A stretch of 64,000 bases of DNA from Candidatus Magasanikiibacteriota bacterium (GCA_041665405.1 JBAYIZ010000006.1:407-64406); one strand, 5' to 3'; numbered from the stretch's first letter, positions 38,203-48,190 are shown. The notes: a model not told the origin generated them from the sequence alone. Made by a program: numbers and translations.

Positions 38203-38231
38203 AACCCCCGATTGAATCGGGGTTTTTATTT
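38203..38231 (+). terminator. intrinsic terminator after rpmH (AAACCCCCGATTGAATCGGGGGTTTTT)
   Basis: 8-bp GC stem plus T-run. Confidence 0.7.
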
Positions 38232-38245
38232 GGTATAATATTGTT

Positions 38246-38641
38246 ATGTATAGAAAAGAAAACCATTTGACCAAGGTGCGAGATTTCAATCTCGTTTTAA
38301 AACAAGGATATTGGATAAATGATCTGTTTTTTAGTTTAAAAGTATTAGACTTAGCCAAAAAAGAGGCTTATTTTCCACCCAAAGAAGATAAGGATAAGTT
38401 CAAAAAACAGCTTAAGTTAGCGGTGAATGTTGGGTTAAAGGTGTCTAAAAGTGCTGTTGTGCGCAATCGGGCAAAAAGGCAGGTTGTGGAGGTGTTGAGG
38501 GCGATGATGGCCAAAGATGAAATATTGGAAGGGTATTATTTGTTTTTTGTGGCGAAGCCGAATATCAAGGAGAAAAGTTTTGCTGAGATAAGCGATGAAG
38601 TGAAACTATTATTGCAAAAGGCAAACGTGCTAAAGAGGTAA
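38246..38641 (+). CDS. rnpA: ribonuclease P protein component
   Basis: Basic protein with RNR motif VVRNRAKRQVVEV; conserved rpmH-rnpA synteny. Confidence 0.85.
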   Translation: MYRKENHLTKVRDFNLVLKQGYWINDLFFSLKVLDLAKKEAYFPPKEDKDKFKKQLKLAVNVGLKVSKSAVVRNRAKRQVVEVLRAMMAKDEILEGYYLFFVAKPNIKEKSFAEISDEVKLLLQKANVLKR

Positions 38642-38743
38642 TTTAAAAAACTTTTATTTTATTTCGCTTTTTTTGCCCGCGAGGGCAAAAGGATGAAGCC
38701 GCGGCTTCATAACCCGCTCAATTAAAATAAAAGTTTTTTAAAT
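38640..38743 (+). ncRNA. structured repeat R2 copy B filling the whole rnpA-yidD spacer
   Basis: Same core as 25171-25224, with a compensatory extra A-U pair in hairpin 2 (AUGAAGC-CGCG-GCUUCAU). It sits inside a 22-bp AT-rich outer stem (AATTTAAAAAACTTTTATTTTA.../...TAAAATAAAAGTTTTTTAAATT) that reaches the yidD start. Confidence 0.55.
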
Positions 38744-38744
38744 T

Positions 38745-39020
38745 ATGCCTAAAAACCTTCTTTATTACATTAAACAAGCAACTATATTTTTGGGAATGCC
38801 GATTGTTTTTTTGATTTGGGTTTATCAAAAAACATTTTCGCCGGATCATGGGCCGTTGAAAAGATTTTTTCCTTATGGGTATTGTCGGTTTTATCCTAGT
38901 TGTAGTGAATATGGAAAACAATCTATAAAAAAACACGGCCTGTTTGTTGGAACAATCAAGGCCGGGTGGAGATTGCTAAGATGTAATCCATGGAATAAAG
39001 GGGGGATGGATTTGCCGTGA
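38745..39020 (+). CDS. yidD: membrane protein insertion efficiency factor YidD
   Basis: YQKTFSPDHGPLKRFFPYGYCRFYPSCSEYGKQSIKKHG; conserved Cys pair. Confidence 0.85.
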   Translation: MPKNLLYYIKQATIFLGMPIVFLIWVYQKTFSPDHGPLKRFFPYGYCRFYPSCSEYGKQSIKKHGLFVGTIKAGWRLLRCNPWNKGGMDLP

Positions 39021-39070
39021 TTGTCATTCCCGTGAAAGCTTGTCCCCACGAAAGTGGGGACGGGAATCCG
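39021..39070. repeat. palindromic repeat element R1 copy c (nested hairpins GTCATTCCCG...CGGGAATCC around GTCCCCAC-GAAA-GTGGGGAC)
   Basis: Fills the convergent yidD/yggU spacer; same ATTCCCG/CGGGAAT arms as the other copies. Confidence 0.65.
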
Positions 39071-39073
39071 TTC

Positions 39074-39301
39074 CTAATTTTCAATCTCAATCATTTTATT
39101 TTTGCTCGTGTTGCCGGACACGATTTTTATTTTGCTTTTTGAAATATTAAAATAATCGGCGAGTAATTTTATTAAGGCGTCGTTCGCTTTTCCATCGACG
39201 GGTGGAGCGGTGAGTTTTATTTTTAAAGTGCCATCGGACATTTTTCCGATGACTTCATTTTTTGAAGAGCGGGGGAGGACGCGGATTTTTAATTTTGGCA
39301 T
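39074..39301 (-). CDS. YggU/DUF167-family protein
   Basis: 75 aa, with VDGKAN and KIVSGNTSKNK motifs typical of UPF0235. Confidence 0.65.
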   Translation of the reverse strand: MPKLKIRVLPRSSKNEVIGKMSDGTLKIKLTAPPVDGKANDALIKLLADYFNISKSKIKIVSGNTSKNKMIEIEN

Positions 39302-39431
39302 ATGTTTTACGCTTTTGTAATATGAATTTTCTTGCGCTCAGACTTGCACCGAATTTATATTACTACAGACAGCCTAGTTTGGTTCTCGGTGCTTCAGACA
39401 ATTCGCGCGGCGAAAATTAATATTAAAAAAG

Positions 39432-40280
39432 CTATTTGTTATTCCTGATGTCTTTTAAAATTTGCAAATCTTCGCGGACTTTGTCGTGTTCGGTTTCTAA
39501 GTAGTAATTTATTTTTTGAAGTCGTTTGTTTGTCAACAGAGCCTCAAAACCCGTCTTGCCAATTAGGCCTTCGCCTAAATGTTCATGACGATCTTTGTGT
39601 CCGCCTAGCTCTATTTTGCTGTCGTTGCAGTGAGACATTTTTAGCTTGTCTATACCGATTAGTTGATCAAATTTTTTGAATGTTTCTTCAACTGCTTTTG
39701 GGGTGCGAATGTCATATCCTGAGGCAAAACCATGTTGGGTATCATAGCAGACACCGATATCATATTTTTTTAATTTTTTATGATTTATAATTTCGGCAAT
39801 TTCTTCAAAAGTGTCACCAATAATTGCGCCGGCACCAGCAGAAATTTCTATTAAAAATTGGGCGCTGCCTTTGTAGCCATTTAGCATTTTTTCTAAACCG
39901 TCTACGAGCTGTGTCAGTCCTTCTTTTTCGCCAAGGTCTTTGTAACTACCTAGATGAGCCATAACATACGCCGCGCCAAGTAGAGAAGCGCGTTCGAGCT
40001 CTTCACGAACAACAGTGATTGACCCATGTTTGATTCGTGGGTTGGCACTGGCGAAGTTTATAAAATATGGGGCGTGAACCACCCATTCTTTTTGGTTATA
40101 TTCCTTGCACAAACCTCTGAATTCGTCGGCAAGTTTCTTGTTTAACGGTGCGACAAAACCACCCTGTGGAGAACGGGTAAATATTTGAAAAACTTCACAG
40201 CCAAGAGCGGCCGAGTTTTTTGGGGCGTTGGTTAGTCCGCCAGCGATAGAGACGTGGGCGCCAAAATACATAGACAACAA
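39432..40280 (-). CDS. nfo: endonuclease IV (AP endonuclease family 2)
   Basis: MLSMYFGAHVSIAGG, HAPYFINFAS, and the TIM-barrel metal ligands. Confidence 0.85.
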   Translation of the reverse strand: MLSMYFGAHVSIAGGLTNAPKNSAALGCEVFQIFTRSPQGGFVAPLNKKLADEFRGLCKEYNQKEWVVHAPYFINFASANPRIKHGSITVVREELERASLLGAAYVMAHLGSYKDLGEKEGLTQLVDGLEKMLNGYKGSAQFLIEISAGAGAIIGDTFEEIAEIINHKKLKKYDIGVCYDTQHGFASGYDIRTPKAVEETFKKFDQLIGIDKLKMSHCNDSKIELGGHKDRHEHLGEGLIGKTGFEALLTNKRLQKINYYLETEHDKVREDLQILKDIRNNK

Positions 40281-40394
40281 GTTAAAACAGTGTTAAAATT
40301 AATCTACTTGTTTGTGAAACATGAAGTCAAACAGATATTGATATAATAACACAATATTCGAAATAATAAAAAATTAATTATTAATAATGAACAT

Positions 40395-40841
40395 ATGGAA
40401 GACACCTGCAAAGTGTGTGGTGGAAGGCATAAAACCGGCGAGTGTACCGAAAAATCGTCCAAAAAAGAAGGAAACAAAAAACGCGAACTATTTAAAGACG
40501 CCATCTGCAAAAAAATAGAAGAAAAGCTTGCCAAAATAAACTTTGGAAGTTATGATGCCGCCGAAAATTATGGTGGTGGTGATAGCGTAGACCTGTACGA
40601 TGAAGCCGACAACATAGAAGAGGTGTTAGACGAAGCAGAAGAGACTATTGATTTAGCATACAAAGAAGACTGGTCAACAGACAAGCTAATAGCAGAATTA
40701 AACAAAATAATAGTAAAGATAGACACCGAGCCCCAGGAAAAACACCTTAGCTTTGTTTCATATGGTATGGAAGAAAAACCGCTTTCGTATTATGTAGACA
40801 TAAGTGAAGAAGTGGAAAGTCACTACGGGAAACGCGGCTAG
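40395..40841 (+). CDS. small acidic protein with N-terminal CCHC-type zinc-knuckle-like motif, hypothetical
   Basis: CKVCGGRHKTGEC (C-x2-C-x3-H-x4-C) followed by a highly acidic low-complexity body. Confidence 0.45.
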   Translation: MEDTCKVCGGRHKTGECTEKSSKKEGNKKRELFKDAICKKIEEKLAKINFGSYDAAENYGGGDSVDLYDEADNIEEVLDEAEETIDLAYKEDWSTDKLIAELNKIIVKIDTEPQEKHLSFVSYGMEEKPLSYYVDISEEVESHYGKRG

Positions 40842-40845
40842 TTTT

Positions 40846-42840
40846 ATGAATCTTTTTTCAGGAATTAAAATTTTAGATCTCACGCGCGTTTTTAGCGGGC
40901 CTTTTGCGACCAGGCATTTTTCTGATTTTGGGGCAGAGGTGATCAAGATAGAGCCATCACAAGGAGATGACAGCCGAAAATTTCCGCCACACATTGGCAA
41001 TTGGAGCGGATATTTTGAGATTTTAAATAGGAACAAAAAATCTATTATATTGGATTTAAAAAACGACAAAGACTTGGAGAAGTTTTATAAGCTTTGCAAA
41101 AACTGCGATGTAGTGGTTGAAAATTTTTCGCCCGATGTTGCCAAAAGATTGAAAATCGATTATCAAACAATCGCAAAAATAAACTCGAACGTTATTTACG
41201 CCTCTATTTCTGGTGTCAGCGAAAATATTGTAAAAAAATATTATGATGTTATCGCGCAGGCTGAGTCTGGGTTGATATCGCTCAACGGAGAATGTGAGGA
41301 CATGAAAAATGCAACATCAGTCGTAGATGCATTTTCTGGCATGAAGTTGGCCTTTGCCATTTCATCGGCCTTGTATGGTAGAGAAAAAACAAAAAGAGGC
41401 TGTAAAATTAATGTTTCTATGAAAGGGACGGCTTTTGATCTGCTCGAACAAAACCTCATCAACACTTCAGTAACAAATATAAATCCAAAAAAAGTAGGAA
41501 ATATGGATAGTGCCATTGCACCATTTGGCGTGTTCAAAACAAAGAACGGGGCGGTAGTGGTTGCGATCGGGAACAATGATCAATGGGAAAGATTTGAAGC
41601 ATTTTTGTTAAAGCACGGACCCAAAAGAATTTTTAAACACTTTGCAACAAATATTCTTAGACTTAAAAATATTCAAAATTTAAAAACAGAAATAGAGCAG
41701 GTATTTTCTCTATATTTATCAAAAAATATAATAAAAATACTTGAAGAAAAAAATATACCATGCGGACAAGTAAAAACCATGCGCGACGTAATTAATGATG
41801 AGGAAAACTACGAGGAAAATTTGTTGGAAAAAATAAAGCACCCTATAGTGGGAGATATTGTGGTTCCAACTGGAGGTATATTTTTCTCAAAATTTAAAAA
41901 AGAAAAATATCGAATAGCCCCAGCTCTAAACATGGAATATAAGGAATATAAACAGGAACACACGAGCCAAGTGGTTGAATTACTTAACAAGTGTTTTCCT
42001 AATAAAAAAGTTACTGAAAAATCTTTCTTGTGGAAACACTTTGATAAATTTTTTAATAATAAATCAGTCGGCATAGTCGCACTCGAAGAGGGTGTGGTAT
42101 GTGCGTTTGTGTGTTTTACTCCAATTGCTATTGTAAATGGAGAAAATATTTATAATCATTTTTATTCTTGCGCGATTCAAGCCACTCACCCAGATTTCAG
42201 GCGCCAGGGGATTGTTTCCAAACTTACATTGATGGTTGAAGACAAACTTGGCCCCGCCGTTGAATATATAGGATTTTCCAATAGCGAAGGGGTTAAAATC
42301 GATAAATTTTCAAAAAAAATTAACTACGAAATTTTAGGACAAATGGCCACTAAATATGTTGTTTCGTTGCCATATTTTTCAAATTTTCATATAAAACAAA
42401 TAGACGAAATTAATTTCCAACCGAAATCTCAACACAACACAAGTGGGTTTCTTATATTGAAGAATAATGAATACTTAAAATGGAGATACAAAAATAACCC
42501 CAAAAATATATACGAATATTTTGAAATATCTAAAGAAGACGTTGTCGCCGGTTATATTATTTGTAAAAACAGCAAGTTGAAATACGAAGTTAACGAAGTG
42601 GCATTGTTTGAAAACAAAGAAAAGACATACAAAGAGGCTATTAAAGCATTTTCAAAATTTTCAATTAACAGGGGAAAGTTTTTTGTTTCTTATTCATATT
42701 TACAAAATAAATTTTGGAAGCAATGTTTTCCATTACTATCGTTTACAAAAAAAATCAACATTTATTTCACTATAAAGACCGCGGACACCAACCTAGAAGA
42801 TGTTGATAAGTGGAGAATTCAAGGCGGAGATGTCCAATAA
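40846..42840 (+). CDS. family III CoA-transferase (CaiB/BaiF-like) fused to a C-terminal GNAT-like acyltransferase domain
   Basis: N-terminus IKILDLTRVFSGPFATRHFSDFGAEVIKIEP is the canonical family III start. The C-terminal 300 aa carry a GNAT-like core (...SCAIQATHPDFRRQGIVSKL...). The start was moved to ATG 40846. Confidence 0.7.
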   Translation: MNLFSGIKILDLTRVFSGPFATRHFSDFGAEVIKIEPSQGDDSRKFPPHIGNWSGYFEILNRNKKSIILDLKNDKDLEKFYKLCKNCDVVVENFSPDVAKRLKIDYQTIAKINSNVIYASISGVSENIVKKYYDVIAQAESGLISLNGECEDMKNATSVVDAFSGMKLAFAISSALYGREKTKRGCKINVSMKGTAFDLLEQNLINTSVTNINPKKVGNMDSAIAPFGVFKTKNGAVVVAIGNNDQWERFEAFLLKHGPKRIFKHFATNILRLKNIQNLKTEIEQVFSLYLSKNIIKILEEKNIPCGQVKTMRDVINDEENYEENLLEKIKHPIVGDIVVPTGGIFFSKFKKEKYRIAPALNMEYKEYKQEHTSQVVELLNKCFPNKKVTEKSFLWKHFDKFFNNKSVGIVALEEGVVCAFVCFTPIAIVNGENIYNHFYSCAIQATHPDFRRQGIVSKLTLMVEDKLGPAVEYIGFSNSEGVKIDKFSKKINYEILGQMATKYVVSLPYFSNFHIKQIDEINFQPKSQHNTSGFLILKNNEYLKWRYKNNPKNIYEYFEISKEDVVAGYIICKNSKLKYEVNEVALFENKEKTYKEAIKAFSKFSINRGKFFVSYSYLQNKFWKQCFPLLSFTKKINIYFTIKTADTNLEDVDKWRIQGGDVQ

Positions 42841-42841
42841 A

Positions 42842-42870
42842 AAAACCACCGACTAAGCGGTGGTTTTTTG
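42842..42870. terminator. bidirectional intrinsic terminator (AAAAAACCACCGACTAAGCGGTGGTTTTTT)
   Basis: Perfect 7-bp stem with A-run and T-run, between convergent genes. Confidence 0.65.
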
Positions 42871-42876
42871 ATATTA

Positions 42877-44157
42877 TTATTTCAATATTTTTTCTTTCAG
42901 CCAGGCGACCACTTTTTTGTTTTGAATAGTGGCGGCTAGAGTGTCTAGGACTTCTTGGCGCTTGAGAGCCTCTTCTACTTTTGGATCGTTCTTGTATGTT
43001 ACTTTGATAAGTTCGATTTCTTTGTTGAGTTCTTCTTTTTCTACTTTGATATTGTTTTCTTTGGCGATCTGACGAGAAATAATGGCGGCCTTCACGCGAG
43101 TGAGAGCACGCTCGGCAAAATCATTGGCAATTTCTTCCTCAGTCTTTTTTACATCCTTCAAATATTTTTCAAATTCTATTCCTTGTTCCTGCAAACTGTT
43201 TTTTAATTCATAAAACATTTTTTGTTTTTCTGAAGTTATCAAAACATCTGGCACCTCACTAAACTCACTGGCCAAAATTACTTTTTCCAAAAGTTCCGCT
43301 TCGATGCGTTGGTCTTCTTTGCTCTCCGCTTCTTGTTTTAGGTTGGTCATCAAAATGTCTTTCAAAGCCTCAACGCTTTTTTGTCCAAGCTTGGCGGCAA
43401 GCTCGTCGTTGATTTCTGGGTATTCGATTGAATATACTTCGTTTACCTTGATATTGAAATCAACATTTTTTCCAGCCAAATGTTTTTGGTAATGTTCGTC
43501 TGGAAATTTTAGAGAAAATTCTTTAACTTCATCTTTTTTCAAACCAACCAATTGTTCAGCAAATCCTGGAATATAGTGTGGTTCGTTCAAATATACTTGA
43601 TGTTTTGGAGCTTGACCACCCTCAACACCCACTTTGTCGATAGACATGTTCATCGCTACTTCTACCTTATCTTCTTTGGTAGCGGAGCCTTCCTTGATCA
43701 CTTCTATCGCTTGCATTTTGCGCAAGTTGTCCAACACGTCATTAATTTCTTTGTCTCCAACCACCACTTCTTTTTTCTTGGCATTAATTTTTGTTAAGTC
43801 AGCCAATTTTACAGAAGGCAAAAGTGCGGCCACAGCTTTGAAAACAAAATCATTGTTTGGAGCCATTTTTTCAATAGTAATTTCTGGCATACCAACAGTT
43901 TCTAACTTTTCTGCCTTTACTGCTTCAAAAAAATTCTTTTCAACAATGGACTGTAACGCTTCTTCCAAAATTTTAATCTCACCAAGAGATTGTTTCACAA
44001 TATCATAAGGAGCTTTGCCTGGACGGAAACCGTGAATGGCGGCGCGCTGGGAAAGACGACCGGCGGCATCCTCCATGTTTTTTTGGTAATCGGTAGGAGT
44101 GACAGTGATCACCAGTTCTACTTGTGATTTTGGTAGTTGTTTTAAAACGTGAGCCAT
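42877..44157 (-). CDS. tig: trigger factor
   Basis: N-terminal ribosome-binding region GFRPGKAP, FKBP-like middle, C-terminal arm. The start was moved to the internal Met (MAHVLKQL). Confidence 0.85.
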   Translation of the reverse strand: MAHVLKQLPKSQVELVITVTPTDYQKNMEDAAGRLSQRAAIHGFRPGKAPYDIVKQSLGEIKILEEALQSIVEKNFFEAVKAEKLETVGMPEITIEKMAPNNDFVFKAVAALLPSVKLADLTKINAKKKEVVVGDKEINDVLDNLRKMQAIEVIKEGSATKEDKVEVAMNMSIDKVGVEGGQAPKHQVYLNEPHYIPGFAEQLVGLKKDEVKEFSLKFPDEHYQKHLAGKNVDFNIKVNEVYSIEYPEINDELAAKLGQKSVEALKDILMTNLKQEAESKEDQRIEAELLEKVILASEFSEVPDVLITSEKQKMFYELKNSLQEQGIEFEKYLKDVKKTEEEIANDFAERALTRVKAAIISRQIAKENNIKVEKEELNKEIELIKVTYKNDPKVEEALKRQEVLDTLAATIQNKKVVAWLKEKILK

Positions 44158-44330
44158 ATATGTATGATTAAAAATACTTCGCAATATTATCTTAAAACAC
44201 AAAAAAAGTCAATTTTATGGCTGTGGTATTGCTTTTTTGAGGATGTTGGTGTATATTTTTTAAATCCACCCGTGGCCAGGTCGTGTTATATAGACACAGC
44301 CTCGGCGACTATAGCGAAAGAGGGGAAACC

Positions 44331-44529
44331 ATGGCGCGAGCCAAACCGGCAACGGACACGTGTTGAGGTACATGTTCGATTCCAGTTCAACCTCAGGCCG
44401 CAACAACGGGCTGAGGAGGCCACGCAGAAGGCCAAGAAGTGGCAGAGGGACAACCCGGGCTGGGGCTGTGATCCCAACCCCACGACGATCGGCAACGGCT
44501 ACGCTACCTTCAGGGCTCGTCGCACCTGA
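44331..44529 (+). pseudogene. GC island 3: small GC-rich ORF apparently frameshifted (SD+ATG at 44331 gives 11 aa; the high-GC3 frame continues to TGA 44527-44529)
   Basis: Good RBS AGAGGGG-6-ATG. The long ORF with GC3 bias (EVHVRFQFNLRPQQRAEEATQKAKKWQRDNPGWGCDPNPTTIGNGYATF...) is in the +1 frame relative to that ATG and has no start codon of its own. Confidence 0.25.
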
Positions 44530-44667
44530 CGACGATCAACCTCTTCGACGCACACCCCCAGTCGAGCACAAGTTGCTCCTGGGGGCGGGGCTTAGATGAA
44601 ATTATCCTTCCTGTCCTAAGTAGAAAAAATATTTTCTTTTTAGGACAAGGATAATTTCTTAAAATAA

Positions 44668-44700
44668 AAAATCTCGACGTTATGGTCGAGATTTTTTTGT
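44668..44700. terminator. bidirectional intrinsic terminator (AAAAAATCTCGACGTTATGGTCGAGATTTTTTT)
   Basis: 8-bp stem flanked by A7 and T7; serves hppA on the minus strand. Confidence 0.6.
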
Positions 44701-44706
44701 GTTTGA

Positions 44707-44733
44707 GGATTCCCGCTTTCGCGGGAATGACAA
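44707..44733. repeat. palindromic repeat element R1 copy d (GGATTCCCGCTTTCGCGGGAATGACAA)
   Basis: Lies between the hppA stop and its terminator. It is translated in a spurious ORF as IPAFAGMTT. Confidence 0.65.
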
Positions 44734-44752
44734 CACACGAAGAATGGTGTTT

Positions 44753-46747
44753 TTATTTTAGTAATAACCCTACAATTAACAGTGCTACGATATTAGCCAC
44801 CTTTATCATCGGATTGATAGATGGACCAGCAGTGTCTTTATATGGATCACCAACAGTGTCACCAGTGACAGCGGCTTGATGTGCAAAAGAACCCTTGCCA
44901 CCATAATTTCCAAGTTCAATATATTTTTTTGCATTATCCCAAGCGGCACCACCAGTAGTCATAGAAATAGCTACGAAAATACCAGTGACAATTGTTCCTA
45001 CCAACAAACCACCCAACGCTTCGATACCCAAGAAGTAACCAACCAAAATTGGCACGACCACAGGAATCAAAGATGGCACAATCATTTGTCCGATAGCTCC
45101 TTTGGTAACAATATCTACAGCTTTGCCGTAGTCTGGTTTTCCAGTGCCCTCCATAATTCCAGCGATTTCACGGAACTGACGACGAACTTCTTCAACTACT
45201 TGTCCGGCAACTTTACCAACAGATTCCATCAACATAGCACCAAACAAATATGGCAACAAACCACCAATAAATAATCCAACTAAAACTTTTGGATCATTAA
45301 TTAAAAATTGATATGAATCAGGAAGCTTGTGAGTGAAGTCAGCAAACAAAACTAGTGAAGCCAAACCAGCAGAGGCAATCGCATATCCTTTGGTCACAGC
45401 TTTGGTAGTATTACCAACTGCGTCTAGAGGATCAGTAACATTGCGTACGTCTTGAGACAGCTCAGCCATCTCTGCGATACCACCAGCATTATCAGTGATA
45501 GGTCCAAAAGCATCAATAGTAACGATAATACCAGCCAAAGACAACATACTAACTGCGGCCACAGCCACGCCGTACAAACCAGCTAAATAGTGAGAACCCA
45601 TCATGGCGGCCATAATCAAAAGTACTGGCAAAGCAGTGGACTTCATGGAAACAGCCAAACCAGCAATCACATTGGTACCATGACCAGTAGTACTAGCTTT
45701 GGCAATATGTTGAACTGGAGAATATTTTGTTGAAGTATAATAATCTGTCAAAGCTACCATCAAAGCAGTGAGTACCAAACCGATAATAGCACAATAAAAA
45801 ATGTTCATTACACTATATCCAACCAAACCACTCATCAACCATTTTGTAGCTGGATAAAAACCAATCAAAGCAATTACGCCAGCGGCAATTAATCCCTTGT
45901 ACAATGCTTTCATTACATTTTTGTCTTCACCTAATCGGATGAAGAATGTTCCTAATATAGAAGCGACGATAGAAATACCACCAAGCACAATTGGATAAAC
46001 TGCAACTTTATCATTGCTTGGGAAAAGTAATCCGCCCAAAATCATTGCGGCGATAGTAGTGATAGCATAAGTTTCAAAAAGATCGGCGGCCATACCAGCA
46101 CAGTCACCAACATTGTCCCCGACGTTGTCGGCAATCACAGCTGGATTGCGTGGATCATCTTCTGGAATTCCTTTTTCTACTTTGCCAACCAAGTCTGCAC
46201 CCACATCAGCGGCTTTGGTAAAGATACCACCACCGATACGAGCAAAAATTGAAATTAAACTTCCGCCAAAACCTAAACCAATCAAAGCGGACAAATCATG
46301 TGTTAAATAATAAAAACCAGAAACACCGAGTAGCCCCAAACCAGAAACTAACAAGCCAGTAACCGAACCACCTTTTACAGCCACATCAAGCGCTGGTTTG
46401 AAACCTTTTTTTGCGGCCTCAGCAGTACGCACGTTGGCTTTGACCGAAACCAACATACCAATAGTACCTGCCAAGCCAGAAAATACTGCACCCACTACGA
46501 AACCAAAAGCAGTAATCCAATCGATAGATAGTCCTAATAAAATAAAAACGATTACAGCGACATAAGCGATTGTCTTGTATTGTCGAGAAAGATAAGCTTT
46601 GGCACCATCTTGGATGGCACGAGCGATTGCCTGCATGCGATCATCGCCAGCTGGCTGTTTGAGAACCCAACGAATAAGCACACCGCCGTAAATGATGGCG
46701 ATAAGTGCTGGTAAAATTCCGCCTAACACTATAATCATAAGTGTCAA
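44753..46747 (-). CDS. hppA: membrane-bound proton/sodium-translocating pyrophosphatase
   Basis: [19 protein letters not shown] and [21 protein letters not shown] signatures; 16 TM helices; 664 aa. Confidence 0.9.
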   Translation of the reverse strand: MTLMIIVLGGILPALIAIIYGGVLIRWVLKQPAGDDRMQAIARAIQDGAKAYLSRQYKTIAYVAVIVFILLGLSIDWITAFGFVVGAVFSGLAGTIGMLVSVKANVRTAEAAKKGFKPALDVAVKGGSVTGLLVSGLGLLGVSGFYYLTHDLSALIGLGFGGSLISIFARIGGGIFTKAADVGADLVGKVEKGIPEDDPRNPAVIADNVGDNVGDCAGMAADLFETYAITTIAAMILGGLLFPSNDKVAVYPIVLGGISIVASILGTFFIRLGEDKNVMKALYKGLIAAGVIALIGFYPATKWLMSGLVGYSVMNIFYCAIIGLVLTALMVALTDYYTSTKYSPVQHIAKASTTGHGTNVIAGLAVSMKSTALPVLLIMAAMMGSHYLAGLYGVAVAAVSMLSLAGIIVTIDAFGPITDNAGGIAEMAELSQDVRNVTDPLDAVGNTTKAVTKGYAIASAGLASLVLFADFTHKLPDSYQFLINDPKVLVGLFIGGLLPYLFGAMLMESVGKVAGQVVEEVRRQFREIAGIMEGTGKPDYGKAVDIVTKGAIGQMIVPSLIPVVVPILVGYFLGIEALGGLLVGTIVTGIFVAISMTTGGAAWDNAKKYIELGNYGGKGSFAHQAAVTGDTVGDPYKDTAGPSINPMIKVANIVALLIVGLLLK

Positions 46748-46843
46748 AGTTAAGATTTAAAAATTAAATTAAGAAGCAACGATGATTGGCTACAAGGTTG
46801 CCTCAGCCGATATCTTATGATAAAATAGCCCAATCGTCAAGGT

Positions 46844-48190
46844 ATGAAATATAACCTTTTATTAAAAATTTTGCGCTTTTTAGTGCATATTAAGCGATTC
46901 TCCTGGTGGATAGGTTCCGGCCTGTTTTTTGTGTCATCCGAGTTTATTGGGAAAACTTACCGGTTTTTTGCTTATTTTGGATTTAAAATCAATTTCTATT
47001 TAAAAAAAATAGGAATCGGTGGTGAGGCGGGATTGATAGCTCGCGACATTATTCAGCCCATAATTTTTATTTTATTGTTTATAGTAGCTATCCCACAAAC
47101 CAAACTTTTTACCCAAAAGAACGTTTTTTTGCCAGGCCAAAAAACACTAGCATTTAATTTGTTTGGTGGAACAGAAGAATATGAATTCGAGGAAGTGTCT
47201 GCCGAAGCCCCCCAGAGCAACATTACCCCTACTTACAATTGGAGAGCAGGTATAATTAGTGCAGATAATATTTCGAACCAATCCGAGCCAATAATTTTTG
47301 ATCAGGATTTGGCGGGGACATATGCTGGCGGTATGGCAATAAACAAACCACATATCATGACCGGAAGTATCACAACTGGTGGTTCTGGTAGAAAACAGAC
47401 GGTGGATTATGTGGTAGTGGCCGGCGATTCTCTCAGTGGTATTGCTAGTCGGTTTGGAGTGAACGTTGCCACTATTTTATGGGAAAATGGTCTGACATCA
47501 AAGGCTACATTAAAATTGGGACAAAAAATTAGTATTCCTCCTGCTAGTGGCGTGATGCATGTGGTGAAAAAGGGAGATACGCTTTTGAGAATTGCGAAAG
47601 TATACGGTGCCAAAGTTGAAGACATTGTTCAATTTAATAATTTGGATGAAGGCGGAAAAGATTTGCGTATTGGAGAAAAAATAATGGTGCCAGGTGGTGT
47701 GAAGGCAGAAGCAAAAGTGGCAGTGACGACGGTGAAGAATGGGAAAACTTATGTGACCGAACAAACAAGTTATAGTGCGGTGATTCGTCCGCCGGCTTCT
47801 TCACGTTCGGCTAGTGCGTCTGGTTTTGTGTGGCCGTCTGGAGTGAAAACTATTACTCAGTATTTTGGTTGGAAACACAATGGCCTAGATATTGCCGGTC
47901 CTTTTGAAACACCAAACTATGCCGCCAAAGCGGGCACGGTAGAATTTGCACAGTGTGGATGGAATCGCGGCTATGGTTGTTATGTGCAGATTAATCATGG
48001 CAATGGCGTGAAGACTTTGTATGGACACCACTCTCGTTTGTTAGTGTCGGCAGGTGAATATGTTGAGGCTGGACAGGTGATTGGTTTGATGGGCAATACT
48101 GGAAATGTACGCGGACGCACGGGTATTCATTTGCATTTTGAGGTGCAGGTGAATGGTGTGAGAGTGAATCCACTGGGGTATGTGAGATAG
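46844..48190 (+). CDS. cell-wall hydrolase with two LysM domains and C-terminal M23 (LytM) metallopeptidase
   Basis: LysM repeats (VVVAGDSLSGIASRFGV, VVKKGDTLLRIAKVYGA). M23 HxxxD/HxH region GLDIAG...HLHFEV. Confidence 0.8.
   Translation: MKYNLLLKILRFLVHIKRFSWWIGSGLFFVSSEFIGKTYRFFAYFGFKINFYLKKIGIGGEAGLIARDIIQPIIFILLFIVAIPQTKLFTQKNVFLPGQKTLAFNLFGGTEEYEFEEVSAEAPQSNITPTYNWRAGIISADNISNQSEPIIFDQDLAGTYAGGMAINKPHIMTGSITTGGSGRKQTVDYVVVAGDSLSGIASRFGVNVATILWENGLTSKATLKLGQKISIPPASGVMHVVKKGDTLLRIAKVYGAKVEDIVQFNNLDEGGKDLRIGEKIMVPGGVKAEAKVAVTTVKNGKTYVTEQTSYSAVIRPPASSRSASASGFVWPSGVKTITQYFGWKHNGLDIAGPFETPNYAAKAGTVEFAQCGWNRGYGCYVQINHGNGVKTLYGHHSRLLVSAGEYVEAGQVIGLMGNTGNVRGRTGIHLHFEVQVNGVRVNPLGYVR

Noticed and set aside
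44682-44879. ORF 44682..44879 + (contains IPAFAGMTT)
   Set aside because: It is merely the translation of the palindromic repeat R1d plus the antisense of the hppA 3' end. It is not a gene.
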